A stretch of DNA of 64,000 nucleotides from an uncultured Chloroflexia bacterium (GCA_963777935.1 CAVZSL010000003.1:19957-83956); one strand, 5' to 3'; shown: positions 30,618-42,162, counted from the first letter of the stretch. Made by a program: numbers and translations. The notes: generated by a model from the letters alone, not told the origin.

Positions 30618-31561
30618 TGACTGCTGTCCGTATCGAAGAGCTTCGAAAGGTCTTTGGCACCTTCCAGGCATTGGATGGATTAAGTCTGACCGTGGAACCG
30701 GGCACGGTATTTGGTTTTCTTGGACCGAATGGGGCGGGAAAGACCACCACCATCCGCATCCTTACCGGACTTGCACACGCAACCAGCGGTCATGCCTGGG
30801 TGCTCGATAAAGAGGTAACTGACGATGGGCAGGAAATCGCCAGGCATATCGGTTACCTTCCTGAAGAACCGGCATTTTATCCCTGGATGACGCCGCGCGA
30901 ATACCTGGATTATGTAGGTCGGGTATTCGGCTTGACTGCTGCGGAACGAACCACCAGAACAAAAGAACTGCTGGCTTTAACGGGATTAGAAGAGGCTGCC
31001 ACGAGGCGGATAGGGGGTTTCTCACGTGGCATGCGTCAGCGGCTTGCACTGGCTCAGGCGATATTGAACCATCCGGAGATTTTGTTCCTGGATGAACCGG
31101 CAAGTGCACTGGATCCTGCAGGGCGAAAGGAAGTTCTGGATTTCATCGACAGCCTGCGTGGACAGTGCACCGTTTTCATGTCGACCCATATTTTGGCAGA
31201 TGTAGAGCGTGTTTGTGACACGGTCGGGATCATCAATCGTGGCAAACTGGTGATTGCTGAGTCGCGGGAATCGCTTCTAGCCCAATATGCCATCCCTGCA
31301 TTCGAAGTGGAGGTGGATAAACAATCTGAGCCCGGGCTTACACCCTGGATTGATGCACTTCGTAAGGAAGGCTGGGTGAAATCAGTCCTGCTTCAGGGGC
31401 TAGTAGTGAGGGTGATTGTCAGTGATGTTGAGAGGGCTAAAAAAGAATTGCTTACTTCAATTATTTATGCCAACCTGATCCTGACGCGTTATGAGATTGT
31501 ACGGCCATCACTGGAAGATGTGTTCCTGCAACTGGTGAGTCAGGAGGAGGGGCGATTATGA
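30617..31561 (+). CDS. ABC transporter ATP-binding protein (ABC-2/YxlF-like)
   Basis: Walker A GPNGAGKTT, signature FSRGMRQRL, Walker B ILFLDEPASALD. Confidence 0.9.
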   Translation: MTAVRIEELRKVFGTFQALDGLSLTVEPGTVFGFLGPNGAGKTTTIRILTGLAHATSGHAWVLDKEVTDDGQEIARHIGYLPEEPAFYPWMTPREYLDYVGRVFGLTAAERTTRTKELLALTGLEEAATRRIGGFSRGMRQRLALAQAILNHPEILFLDEPASALDPAGRKEVLDFIDSLRGQCTVFMSTHILADVERVCDTVGIINRGKLVIAESRESLLAQYAIPAFEVEVDKQSEPGLTPWIDALRKEGWVKSVLLQGLVVRVIVSDVERAKKELLTSIIYANLILTRYEIVRPSLEDVFLQLVSQEEGRL

Positions 31562-32316
31562 GCCTTTTTGTCGCCTTCCGTAAAGAATGGATGGAATTCA
31601 TTCGGACTTATCGATTACTGATTATGGCCGTTGTGCTGATTTTCTTTGGACTCACATCTCCATTACTGGCTAAATTTATCCCGGAGATCATCGCATTCCT
31701 CCCGGGAGGTACCGATATCTCAATACTTATCCCACCCCCAACCGTATGGGATGCCGTAACTCAATATGTAAAGAATATGACTCAGTTCGGCATCATCCTG
31801 GCATTGCTGCTGACGATGGGCGTAATTGCGCAAGAAAAAGACAAGGGAACAGCCGCCATGATATTGGTAAAACCCATGCCCCGTGGTGCTTTTTTAGGTG
31901 GGAAGTTCTTTGCAATGGCAACGATGTTCGCCATCAGCCTGCTTGTTGCTGGATTAGCCTGCTATTATTACACCTTGTTGCTCTTCGAAGCCCTTGATAT
32001 CTGGCATTGGTTGGTATTGAACGCTCTATTATTCTTATACCTGATGGTTTATGTAGCCCTAACTTTATTCTGTAGCACCCTGACCAAATCTCAAGCTGCT
32101 GCTGGTGGGCTCACTCTCGGATTAATGGTCCTTCTTGGTCTGATTGGTGCCATCCCGGGGCTGGGGAAATACCTGCCGGGCGAATTAATCGCTTGGGGAA
32201 CGCGCCTGGTGCAGGGTGACGCCAGTAATTCATGGACTGCATTAGGGATCAGCCTTGGCCTGATTGTGGTATCTTTGTTGGCAGCCTGGCTGGTATTCAG
32301 GAAACAAGAATTGTGA
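31558..32316 (+). CDS. ABC-2 type transporter permease
   Basis: 252-aa, 6-TM ORF overlapping the ATPase stop (ATGA). Confidence 0.75.
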   Translation: MSLFVAFRKEWMEFIRTYRLLIMAVVLIFFGLTSPLLAKFIPEIIAFLPGGTDISILIPPPTVWDAVTQYVKNMTQFGIILALLLTMGVIAQEKDKGTAAMILVKPMPRGAFLGGKFFAMATMFAISLLVAGLACYYYTLLLFEALDIWHWLVLNALLFLYLMVYVALTLFCSTLTKSQAAAGGLTLGLMVLLGLIGAIPGLGKYLPGELIAWGTRLVQGDASNSWTALGISLGLIVVSLLAAWLVFRKQEL

Positions 32317-32527
32317 TTTCCCTGTATGTTGAATGCATTAAATTTGGCGTAACAGCCGATTTTATTTTATTATTTCGGGTTGATGAGTGTTATTCTCATA
32401 TTCTCCTTGCATAATCCAATGACTTGGCGGATAATACTCATCCGAACGGGTATTCTTTATTCTCCCGCATTCAGACAATTGAATATCGGAATCTGGTAAT
32501 ACGACTTCTCTTGCCAAAGGAGGGTGT

Positions 32528-35072
32528 ATGTCCCCAAAGCTTCGTCGCTTGTTGTTAACCATATTAAGCGTGATTGTGGTCTTGGCGCTTGTTATGCTTG
32601 CGGTTGGATTATACCTGCCGCGAGCCTCCTTTCCGCGCACATCCGGAGAGGTAAAGTTGGATGGGCTTGATTCCACCGTTGACATTTACCGCGATGACTA
32701 CGGTATCCCTCACATTTACGCCCAGACCTCACATGACCTGATCTTTACCCAAGGGTATGTACACGCGCAGGATCGTTTCTGGCAAATGGACTTCTGGCGC
32801 CATATCGGATCTGCCAGGTTATCGGAAATGTTTGGCGAGTTGCAATTGGACACAGATATCTTCCTGCGCACGCTTGGCTGGGCGCGTGTCGTTCAACAAG
32901 AGCTGGATGCCATGCCTGCTGATGAGTTAGCGCTCTTGCAGGCCTATGCAGATGGAGTGAATGCTTACCTGGCTGACCATAAGGGTGCGGCACTCAGCCT
33001 GGAATATGCCATCCTCAAGCTACTTACCCCTGATTACTCACCTGAACCCTGGCAACCACTCAATACCCTCACCTGGGGTAAAGCCATGGCCTGGAGCTTG
33101 GGTGAGGGACAGTTGTTTTACGAGGTCGAACACGCTATTTTATCGAAAACCCTAACCCCCGAGCAGATCGCAGATCTCTTTCCACCCTACCCATCAGACC
33201 ATCCCTTGATCGTTCCTGATTTTTCAATAAACGCCCCCAGCGGTTCGGCGGTTCAGCATAAAGAGATCAATACATTGGCAGATCTGTCTTTACCCTTCCA
33301 AAGTATTTGCTGCGAGCCTGGCAAAGGTGGAGCGGACCCTGGGTCCGTCCGGGGGCGATATTGGCTCCAACAGCTGGGCGATCGCAGGTAGCTCAACTGC
33401 CACGGGGAAACCATTCCTGGCCAATGACATGCACCTGGCCGAGCAAATGCCTTCCATCTGGTATGAGATCGGCTTGCATTGCACTCCCAAGGGTCCAGAT
33501 TGTCCATATAATGTGGTTGGTTTTTCATTTGCCAGCACCCCTGGAGTCATTGTTGGGCATAACGACAAGATCGCCTGGGGTTTTACCAATGTTGACCCAG
33601 ATATACTTGACCTGTACATAGAGAAAATCAATCCGGATAATCCCAACCAATACGAAGTCAACGGGGAGTGGGTGGACATGAGCCTGGTTAATGAGACGAT
33701 CCAGGTGGCAGGCTTGGATCCGGTCGAGCTTACGGTGCGCTATACCCGGCATGGTCCTGTGATTTGGGATGATCCTGAATCACAGATGACGACGCAAGAA
33801 TCATGGGGGATTGACTTGCCCACCCACTATGCTATCTCTGTACGCTGGACTGCCCTTGAGCCGGTTAATATGTTTAAGGCCGTTTTTGGCATGGACAGCG
33901 CCCAGAATTGGGATGAATACCGGCAAGCTGTAGTTTATTTTTCCGTCCCATCCCAGAACGCGGTCTATGCAGATATCGATGGCAACATTGGCTACTATAC
34001 GCTGGGGAATATTCCCATCCGAAAATCCGGTCACACTGGTCTCTATCCCGTTCCCGGTTGGACGGATGATTATGAATGGCAGGGTTATATCCCCTTCGAC
34101 CAGCTTCCTAATGCTTTTAATCCACCTGAAGGATACATAGCTACCGCCAACAATGCCATCATTGATACGGATTATCCTTACAGCATCACAACCATATGGG
34201 ACTCTGGATTCCGGGCTGACCGTATCGTCGAGATGCTCGAGAGCGCCCCAGGACCCATCGACGCGGCTTATATACAACAGATTCATGGCGATGACTATAA
34301 TGGCTCGGCAGCCTATCTGATGCCATTGCTAACGCAACTCAACCTGGAGGATGAGCATCTGATCGAAATGCGGGAACTGCTCACAGGCTGGGATTATCAA
34401 AATCACATGGACCTGGTTGCACCTGCAATTTATAACGCTTTTTGGCGGGCGACCATGGCTCGTACCTACAATGATGAATTACCCGAAGATTATTGGCCGG
34501 ATGGTGGTGACATCTGGTTTGAAATTTTACGCCGTCTAGTGCACAACCCGAGCAGCGGGTGGTGGGACGATATCAACACCACAGACGTTGAGACGCGTGA
34601 TGATATCCTCAAGTTGGCGTTTTCGGATGCTGTGGCTGAAGTGGAGCAAATCCTGGGCAAGGACACTTCACGTTGGAACTGGGGAGACCTGCATTCCGTC
34701 ATCTTCCACAACCAATCGCTGGGTACTTCTGGTGTTGGACCGATTGAGGCCATATTTAACCGTGGTCCCTACCCGACGTCGGGTGGCAGTTCCATCGTAA
34801 ATGCCACTTCTTGGGATGCGTCGGAGACTGACCCGGTGAAAGCCTACCAGGTAACTTGGTTACCATCGGAGCGCATGATCGTCGATTTTAGCAACCTTCC
34901 AGCTTCCCTTTCGCAAAATACCACGGGTGAGTCAGGTCATGCCTTCCATCCCCATTATGATGACCAGATCGATATGTGGCGGACGATCCAATACCATCCC
35001 ATGTTATGGGAGCAGGCACAAGTGGAGAGTGCTGCCAAAGATCACCTGGTACTGATACCCTATGAAGATTGA
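32528..35072 (+). pseudogene. penicillin acylase family Ntn-hydrolase (penicillin/AHL acylase-like), frame change near the A3 run 33300-33302
   Basis: The N-terminal ORF has a signal anchor plus DDYGIPHIYA..GYVHAQDRFWQMD. The +1 frame continues with ..GGDIGSNSWAIAGS.. (SNSW is the beta-subunit Ser nucleophile) through to the C-terminus. Length is 3n+1. Confidence 0.85.
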
Positions 35073-35155
35073 ATTAAGGGATAATTTGTCCTTATGGAGA
35101 TCATCTCTTAGCAAAATATTTTTCTGTCAATAGAAAGTTAAGGCGTACCTTTTTC

Positions 35156-35185
35156 TGGACGAATCAAGGCAACCTATGGTATACT
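35156..35185 (+). promoter_or_regulatory. putative sigma-70 promoter of the rpsB operon (extended -10)
   Basis: TGGACG (35156-35161), an 18-nt spacer, then TGgTATACT (35177-35185). Confidence 0.4.
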
Positions 35186-35190
35186 CCATG

Positions 35191-35362
35191 CCGCTCCCGC
35201 CTGAGGCGGGAGCGATTATGCCTGCAAGATGCAGGAGATACTTATCCCACACGCTCTCTGACCAACCGGTGCGTGCCGCAGAAAAAGTGAGATGACGTCT
35301 CGCTAGCGGTCCCGGCTGGAGTGAGGGGAGCGGAGGAAAAACGCAAAAGGAGAATATAGAAA
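35191..35362 (+). promoter_or_regulatory. structured 5' leader of rpsB (candidate ribosomal-protein autoregulatory leader)
   Basis: A 10-bp perfect hairpin (CGCTCCCGCC 35192-35201 with GGCGGGAGCG 35205-35214) and a second hairpin (CCTGCA-AGA-TGCAGG, 35221-35235). A second GGGAGCGG copy at 35326-35333, close to the SD (35348), could pair alternatively with 35191-35198. Confidence 0.35.
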
Positions 35363-36436
35363 ATGGCAGTAGTTCCCATGAAGTCATTATTGGAATCTGG
35401 TGTTCACTTTGGACACCGGACGCATAAGTGGCACCCAGCCATGAAACCGTATATTTTTACCGAACGCAACGGCATACACATCATCGATCTTCAAAAAACT
35501 TCAAAAGCACTGGATACGGCATACAATGTTGTCCGCGATTCAGTCGCCGAAGGTGGAGTAGTATTGTTCGTTGGTACGAAACGCCAGGCGCAGGAAACGA
35601 TTCAGCAAGAAGCGATGCGTGCCAGCATGCCCTATGTGACTGCACGTTGGCTGGGTGGCACCCTGACCAATTGGCGAACCATTCGCCAGCGAATTAATGA
35701 ACTCGAACGTCTGGAGCGTATGCGCGATAGCGGTGATTTTGGACGGATCACCAAAAAAGAGGGGCTGATCCATATGCGGGAGATCGAACGTCTGGACGGT
35801 CTTCTGAGCGGAGTACGCAAGCTTGCTCGCCCACCCGACATGCTATTCGTGGTTGACGTATCACGCGAATTTACCGCCATCCATGAAGCGAACTTGCTTA
35901 ACATTCCCGTGGTTGCCATGGTGGATACGAACTGCGATCCATCCAATGTGGACTATGTTATCCCCTCCAACGACGATGCCATTCGGGCGATCAAGCTTGT
36001 GGTTGGAAAGATTGCCGATGCGGCATTGGAAGGTCTTGGGGCGCGCAAGGAAGAAATTGTCGAGGAAGAGGTACGAACAATTGCACGTGCTGGTGTGGAA
36101 GAAGCTGAGCTGTCCGATGAAGAGTTGCTTGGTGAAGCAACCCTGGCAAAACTGGTTGCCCATCCCCGGGATGTCGCTGATTTAGAGATTGAAGTCTTTG
36201 AGGAAGATAAGGTGGCAGAATTCGATCTTGAAGACGATGAAATTGAAGAACTGCTCGATGAAGAAGAAGAGTTGGAAGCTGAAGAAGAGTCAGCAGTTGA
36301 AGAAGAGTCAGCAGTTGAAGAAGAGTTGGAAGCAGATGAAGAGCTGGAAGAAGATGACGAGTTAGAAGCTGAAGAAGAATTGGAAGCAGATGAAGAGTTA
36401 GAAGCTGAAGACGATGAGACAGAGGAAGAAAAGTAG
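35363..36436 (+). CDS. rpsB: 30S ribosomal protein S2 with a roughly 100-aa poly-acidic C-terminal extension
   Basis: [32 protein letters not shown].. is canonical S2. 357 aa total. The tail is ..[57 protein letters not shown]. Confidence 0.95.
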   Translation: MAVVPMKSLLESGVHFGHRTHKWHPAMKPYIFTERNGIHIIDLQKTSKALDTAYNVVRDSVAEGGVVLFVGTKRQAQETIQQEAMRASMPYVTARWLGGTLTNWRTIRQRINELERLERMRDSGDFGRITKKEGLIHMREIERLDGLLSGVRKLARPPDMLFVVDVSREFTAIHEANLLNIPVVAMVDTNCDPSNVDYVIPSNDDAIRAIKLVVGKIADAALEGLGARKEEIVEEEVRTIARAGVEEAELSDEELLGEATLAKLVAHPRDVADLEIEVFEEDKVAEFDLEDDEIEELLDEEEELEAEEESAVEEESAVEEELEADEELEEDDELEAEEELEADEELEAEDDETEEEK

Positions 36437-36454
36437 ACCGCGAGAGGAATAGTT

Positions 36455-37060
36455 ATGGCAATCGGTATTGAACAAATCAAACAACTGCGTGAAGAAACCG
36501 GGGCAGGTGTCCTGGATTGTCGTAAAGCGCTTGAAACATATAACGGCGATTTTGAGAAGGCGATTGAATATCTGCGTGAAAAAGGCCTGGCTAAAGCAGC
36601 CAAGCGCGCTGACCGCGAAGTACTTGAAGGAATGGTGGAGCTATACTCCCACGGGAATGGACGCGTAGGCGTTATGGTGGAAGTGAATTGCGAAACGGAT
36701 TTTGTTGGCCGTTCGGAGTCATTCCGCAAATTCGCCCACGAGGTAGCCTTGCAGGTTGCAGCCGGTGCCCCTAAGTTTGTACGGGTGGAAGATATCCCCA
36801 CTGAGATACTAGAGCAGGAGCGCGAGAAAGCCCGCAACCTTGCCCTGGCAGAAGGCAAATCTGAAAAAGTGATTGAACGGATTGTTGATGGAAAAATGGA
36901 GAAGTATTACAATGATAATTGCCTCCTGCGCCAGGCATACGTCCGAGATGAAAACATGACCGTAGAGGATCTACGTAATCAACATATTGCTGCCATCGGG
37001 GAGAATATTGTTATCCGAAGGTTTGCCCGTTGGGAACTGGGCGAAGAAACTCAAACCTAA
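36455..37060 (+). CDS. tsf: translation elongation factor Ts
   Basis: IKQLREETGAGVLDCRKALE (UBA-like N-terminus) and ..VNCETDFV..; 201 aa. Confidence 0.95.
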   Translation: MAIGIEQIKQLREETGAGVLDCRKALETYNGDFEKAIEYLREKGLAKAAKRADREVLEGMVELYSHGNGRVGVMVEVNCETDFVGRSESFRKFAHEVALQVAAGAPKFVRVEDIPTEILEQEREKARNLALAEGKSEKVIERIVDGKMEKYYNDNCLLRQAYVRDENMTVEDLRNQHIAAIGENIVIRRFARWELGEETQT

Positions 37061-37067
37061 CAAGTTT

Positions 37068-37095
37068 AGCCAACCTTCGGGTTGGCTTTTTTGTT
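37068..37095 (+). terminator. intrinsic terminator after tsf
   Basis: AGCCAACC-TTCG-GGTTGGCT followed by TTTTTTGTT. Confidence 0.75.
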
Positions 37096-37108
37096 AAAAT
37101 CAGGGTAA

Positions 37109-37882
<774 letters not shown>

Positions 37883-37914
37883 GCGTTGGAGGGTGCGGGG
37901 TATAATCATAAATT

Positions 37915-39927
37915 GTGAAGAACTTTGATTCTAGGCTCCACAAGACAGTCACCCAACCATATTTCCCGATTTTTCTCATTCTTTTAGCCAATATCATCAT
38001 GGGTGTGTTTACATTCCAGGATTATGGACTTAGCTGGGATGAGCCTCTTTTTTACCAATATGCTGATGCGGTCCCTTATGCGTATTCCATTTCAGCGCGC
38101 ATGAGCGGGGATTTTGATATTGAAAAAGCCTACGGTCCAAGTGCTGATGACCATAAGATTTACGGCCCCATTTACCTGCTGCTGGCAAAACCAGCAGTTG
38201 ACTTATTGGATCTGTTGATGCCCGTCCCCCGAGCCGATCTGTGGCATCTGGTTAATTTCTTGACTTTCCAGATTGGAGCGGTCATATTCTATGCCCTGTG
38301 CCTGCGATGGATGAGCTCCTGGGTTGCATTTGGGGCAACTCTCCTGTTTAGCACCCAGCCGATCCTTTGGGGTCATGGCTGGATCAACCCCAAAGATATC
38401 CCATTCACGGTATTTTTTATGGCCGCCGTGTACTTTGGCTATCAGATGGTCGATGCACTTTCAGAGCCTGCAGTTGTTACCAGCACCATGATACCTTTTA
38501 ACAGCGAGACTTCCGCCAAGCGCTGGCGGAAGTGGCGGTTTATACTGCAGATATTGGCAGTAATTTTTGTTGTAAGTTCCCTGGCAAGCATTATATTCTA
38601 TTCCCAAATCCAGGTATTTGTGAGTGACCTGATCCAGGATGCTTATCAGGCAACCCCGGATAGCTTGCTGGGGAAATTGTTTGCCAGCCTGGCCGTCAAT
38701 GCGCAGTCGATCCCGCAGGATGCATATGTCCACAAAGGGTTGATCCTGATGTCTCGAGTGAAGATAACCCTGGCACTTCTGGCGATTGTATTGCTGATCC
38801 CAGCTCTTGTGCTGACCTTTTGGATGGCGTCCATCCAGCGGAAATACCACTGGCTTTTAGAAGCTTTATCTCCCCTCCCGGTAAAACCTGATTGGTGGTG
38901 GAGCAGAATTGGTTCATGGAAAGTGTTGCTCAAAGTCTTGCTGGCAGGTGTCCTTTTGGGGTTGCTGGTGTCCATACGGGTCATTGGCCCACTGGCTGGG
39001 GTTCTGGTTTGTCTCTTTTTTATTTTCAAGCCTGGGCGGCACTCACTTGGTGGGATAGTTATCTATACCCTGTCAGCCGTCCTGGCGTTATACATTGCCT
39101 GGCCGTATTTATGGTCGGCACCATTGGCTCGTTTTATAGACGTTCTTCAGCATATGTCGCATAATCCGAAGATTTTACCAGTCCTCTTTAATGGGGTAGT
39201 GACACCCTCCGATAAGCTTCCAGTGACCTATCTTCCGGTGATGTTGGGGATCACCCTGACATGGCCGGTATGGCCTTTGTTTATTGCGGGTTTTTGGGCA
39301 TTTTGGTCCAGGATCAAATCAAGGAATGTAGACTGGCGCAGCTTAACCCCCGTTACACTTTGGTTTCTGGTCCCATTTGTATACGTTTTGATCCTTCGCC
39401 CGCCCATGTATGATGGTTACCGGCATTTCTTATTCATCCTGCCTCCGGTTTTCATCCTGGGAGGGCTGTCAATCCAGGCAATATGGGAGCGCTTGAGGAA
39501 TAAGTGGAGCTTTGCCCTGACCCTTGTCGTCTTGGTTGTGCCGGGCGTGATCGGGCTGGTCAGATTACACCCCTACGAATATACCTATTACAACCTGCTG
39601 GTGGGTGAAACCGGAGGTGCGTACCGGCGTTATGAGACAGATTTCTGGCTAACATGTTATAAAGAGCTTATGGCTCAGGTGGATGAGAAAGTCAGCCCGG
39701 GTAGCACACTGTTTGTTCACCGGCAACCGTCAATCGCACAGGAGTATGCTTCGCCAGGGATAATCATCGAGCGATATGACCCGGAGGATGACCGTACGTT
39801 TCCTGGAAGTTTACTCTTATTGGTCACTCGTGCAAATTCGGATTTATCGATACATCCAGATGCGCCGGAAATCCTTAACGTTGGACAGGAGGGAGCAAAA
39901 TTCTGTCTGGTGAAGGAGATCCCATGA
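37915..39927 (+). CDS. large polytopic membrane protein, GT-C fold glycosyltransferase-like (ArnT/PMT, GT39/GT83-like)
   Basis: 670-aa ORF (GTG start) with more than 10 TM helices, an early extracytoplasmic loop motif (YGLSWDEPLFY) and a C-terminal soluble domain. The family call rests on architecture only. Confidence 0.65.
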   Translation: MKNFDSRLHKTVTQPYFPIFLILLANIIMGVFTFQDYGLSWDEPLFYQYADAVPYAYSISARMSGDFDIEKAYGPSADDHKIYGPIYLLLAKPAVDLLDLLMPVPRADLWHLVNFLTFQIGAVIFYALCLRWMSSWVAFGATLLFSTQPILWGHGWINPKDIPFTVFFMAAVYFGYQMVDALSEPAVVTSTMIPFNSETSAKRWRKWRFILQILAVIFVVSSLASIIFYSQIQVFVSDLIQDAYQATPDSLLGKLFASLAVNAQSIPQDAYVHKGLILMSRVKITLALLAIVLLIPALVLTFWMASIQRKYHWLLEALSPLPVKPDWWWSRIGSWKVLLKVLLAGVLLGLLVSIRVIGPLAGVLVCLFFIFKPGRHSLGGIVIYTLSAVLALYIAWPYLWSAPLARFIDVLQHMSHNPKILPVLFNGVVTPSDKLPVTYLPVMLGITLTWPVWPLFIAGFWAFWSRIKSRNVDWRSLTPVTLWFLVPFVYVLILRPPMYDGYRHFLFILPPVFILGGLSIQAIWERLRNKWSFALTLVVLVVPGVIGLVRLHPYEYTYYNLLVGETGGAYRRYETDFWLTCYKELMAQVDEKVSPGSTLFVHRQPSIAQEYASPGIIIERYDPEDDRTFPGSLLLLVTRANSDLSIHPDAPEILNVGQEGAKFCLVKEIP

Positions 39928-41501
39928 GCGATCGACGACCCTGGATATTTTTGCTCATCCTGGTTATCCTGTCTTTATTCGGCATGATGGCTTTATGGCG
40001 TAGTACCCCGTACGGCTTGGGATTGGTGAATGATTCAGCGACCTATGTTGAGGGGGCGGCCAGCCTGCTGGCGGGTAACGGTTATGTGAGAATTTCAGGT
40101 GGAGGCGAAGTAAAACCCATCACGCATTTTCCTCCGCTTTTCTCGCTTGTGTTGGCGGGTATAGGTTTAATTGGGTTAGATTTGGTCCAGGGTGCACGAG
40201 TGGTGATCACCGTTCTGTTCGGGGTGGATATTCTGCTGGTGGGATTAAGTGTCCATAAAATAAGTCATAGCATGGGTTTTGCCTTACTTGGCGCGCTTCT
40301 ATTAGCTGTATCAGACCTTCACCTGGGTGTGTTCTCGTATGCCCTCAGTGAGCCTCTTTTCATAACGCTGATGTTGGCAGCTTATCTCAGCCTGGGGCGA
40401 AGCATTGACCACCCGCATTGGAGTTGGTCTGCACTGACCGGTCTTTTTTTGAGCCTGGCATACCTGACCCGCTATGCGGGAGTGAGTCTGTTCGTCACCG
40501 TTTTATTGGTCATTATTTGCTTAAGACCGCCTCATATGCTCAAGAGAGCAGGTATCATCCTGGCTGGTGCCCTTTTGCCCATATTTGTATGGGGGGTATA
40601 TGGTTTGGTAAGTGGTGGGTCATGGTCATTCGGCAACCGGCAATTGCTGTGGCACCCAGTGTCTTGGAACAGCTTATTCGAGGCTTTGAAGAACCTGCTC
40701 ACGTGGATAGCTCCCAACAGCCTGATGGCTGCTGGACCAATGTGGGGTAGAGCATTGAGCTTGTGCTCACTATTACTCGTGCCGTGCTTGTTCGCCTGGC
40801 TGGTATGGGTGATATGGAATCGAACGAAGGTTGCCAAACAGCAGGAAAAACTGGAGGGGAGTTTTACACTTGCCTTTACCCAGGCATTACATATTCTTGT
40901 CTACTTGTGTTTCCTGGGGATAACACTTACCTTCTTCGATGCTAGCACGCCACTCAACGACCGTATTCTTTCAGTGATATACATCCCAGAAATAATCCTG
41001 TTTTCCAGTGCCATGGCATGGCTATGGAACAGGATCCAAGGAAGGATGGTGGTATTGCGTTGGTTCCTGGTTGCTTTATGCCTGTTGCTGGTGGGATTCA
41101 GTATAACGGACGGTTATGCTGCCGTGAACCAGCTTGGGCGCGAAGGGCAAGGATTTGCACACCGGGGTATTCAGGACTCGGCTGCTATAGAAGCCATCCG
41201 TCTGATGCCACCCACAATTATCTATTCAAACAAACCAGGAGCAATTTTTCTGCTGACGGGTAAGCCGGCATATGTTGCCCCAACCCCGATGGATCCGGTA
41301 ACGGGCCAATCCAGGGCAAACTTCAGTAATGACCTCGCACAAATGCAACAACGCGTAAAGGATGGACAGGCACTCCTGGTATTATTCGGCTTACGTAATA
41401 GTACTGATCAGGATGAGATAGACTTGTTTACTATTCTAGCTGATAATCTTAGCGTTCATGCGGATTATGGAGATATCATTGTCTTTGGGACATCTCCGTA
41501 A
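39924..41501 (+). CDS. polytopic membrane protein, GT-C/ArnT-like glycosyltransferase family suspected
   Basis: 525-aa ORF overlapping the previous stop (ATGA). Many TM helices plus a C-terminal soluble domain. Confidence 0.55.
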   Translation: MSDRRPWIFLLILVILSLFGMMALWRSTPYGLGLVNDSATYVEGAASLLAGNGYVRISGGGEVKPITHFPPLFSLVLAGIGLIGLDLVQGARVVITVLFGVDILLVGLSVHKISHSMGFALLGALLLAVSDLHLGVFSYALSEPLFITLMLAAYLSLGRSIDHPHWSWSALTGLFLSLAYLTRYAGVSLFVTVLLVIICLRPPHMLKRAGIILAGALLPIFVWGVYGLVSGGSWSFGNRQLLWHPVSWNSLFEALKNLLTWIAPNSLMAAGPMWGRALSLCSLLLVPCLFAWLVWVIWNRTKVAKQQEKLEGSFTLAFTQALHILVYLCFLGITLTFFDASTPLNDRILSVIYIPEIILFSSAMAWLWNRIQGRMVVLRWFLVALCLLLVGFSITDGYAAVNQLGREGQGFAHRGIQDSAAIEAIRLMPPTIIYSNKPGAIFLLTGKPAYVAPTPMDPVTGQSRANFSNDLAQMQQRVKDGQALLVLFGLRNSTDQDEIDLFTILADNLSVHADYGDIIVFGTSP

Positions 41502-41605
41502 ATTTACCCTTTTCTCTCCGACTATTTTCGGTTATCCTATAGGTAGAATATAGATGCAAAATCGTGCTATAGTGTTGGATAAGATAAACTGATACGGAGG
41601 CCTCT

Positions 41606-42162
41606 ATGCTGAAGGAAGCACATATTGAAGCTGAAGAACGTATGAAGGGAGCAGTTGAGGCGTTAGAAGAAGATCTGGCGGAATCCGGACTGGGCGTGCA
41701 TCCCCGGCTTTGGTAGAAAAATTACCGGTTGAGTATTACGGTATGCCAACACCTTTGATGCAGTTGGCAACCATCAGCGTTCCCGAATCGCGCATGCTGT
41801 TGATCCGCCCATTTGATGCAACTTCCCTTCGCAATATTGAGCGAGCGATACAGGCATCTGACCTGGGATTGACACCCAATAATGATGGGAAAGTCATTCG
41901 CTTAAACCTTCCCCCCCTCACCGAAGAGCGCCGGCACGACCTGGTTAAACTTGTACACAACCGGCTCGAAGAAGCGCGTGTGGCAGTGCGAAATGTGAGG
42001 CGGGATGGAATTAAAGACTTGCGCGAATTTGAACACGAGAAAATAATCTCTGAGGATGAGCTCGAAGAGGGTGAAGAGAATCTACAAAAGCTGACGGATA
42101 AGTATATTGAATTGGTTAATGAAGTCGGAGTGCGAAAAGAAAAGGAAATCATGGAAGTATGA
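41606..42162 (+). pseudogene. frr: ribosome recycling factor, single-base frame change at about 41679-41681
   Basis: ATG 41606 (GGAGG SD) gives [25 protein letters not shown], then goes out of frame. The -1 frame reads [46 protein letters not shown]... to the normal C-terminus. Adding one G restores a 185-aa RRF. Confidence 0.9.

Noticed and set aside
35953-36858. 301-aa minus-strand ORF, extremely Ser/Ala-rich
   Set aside because: It is the antisense shadow of the GAA/GAG-rich acidic tail of rpsB and the start of tsf. It has low complexity, no start context, and lies fully inside two high-confidence genes.
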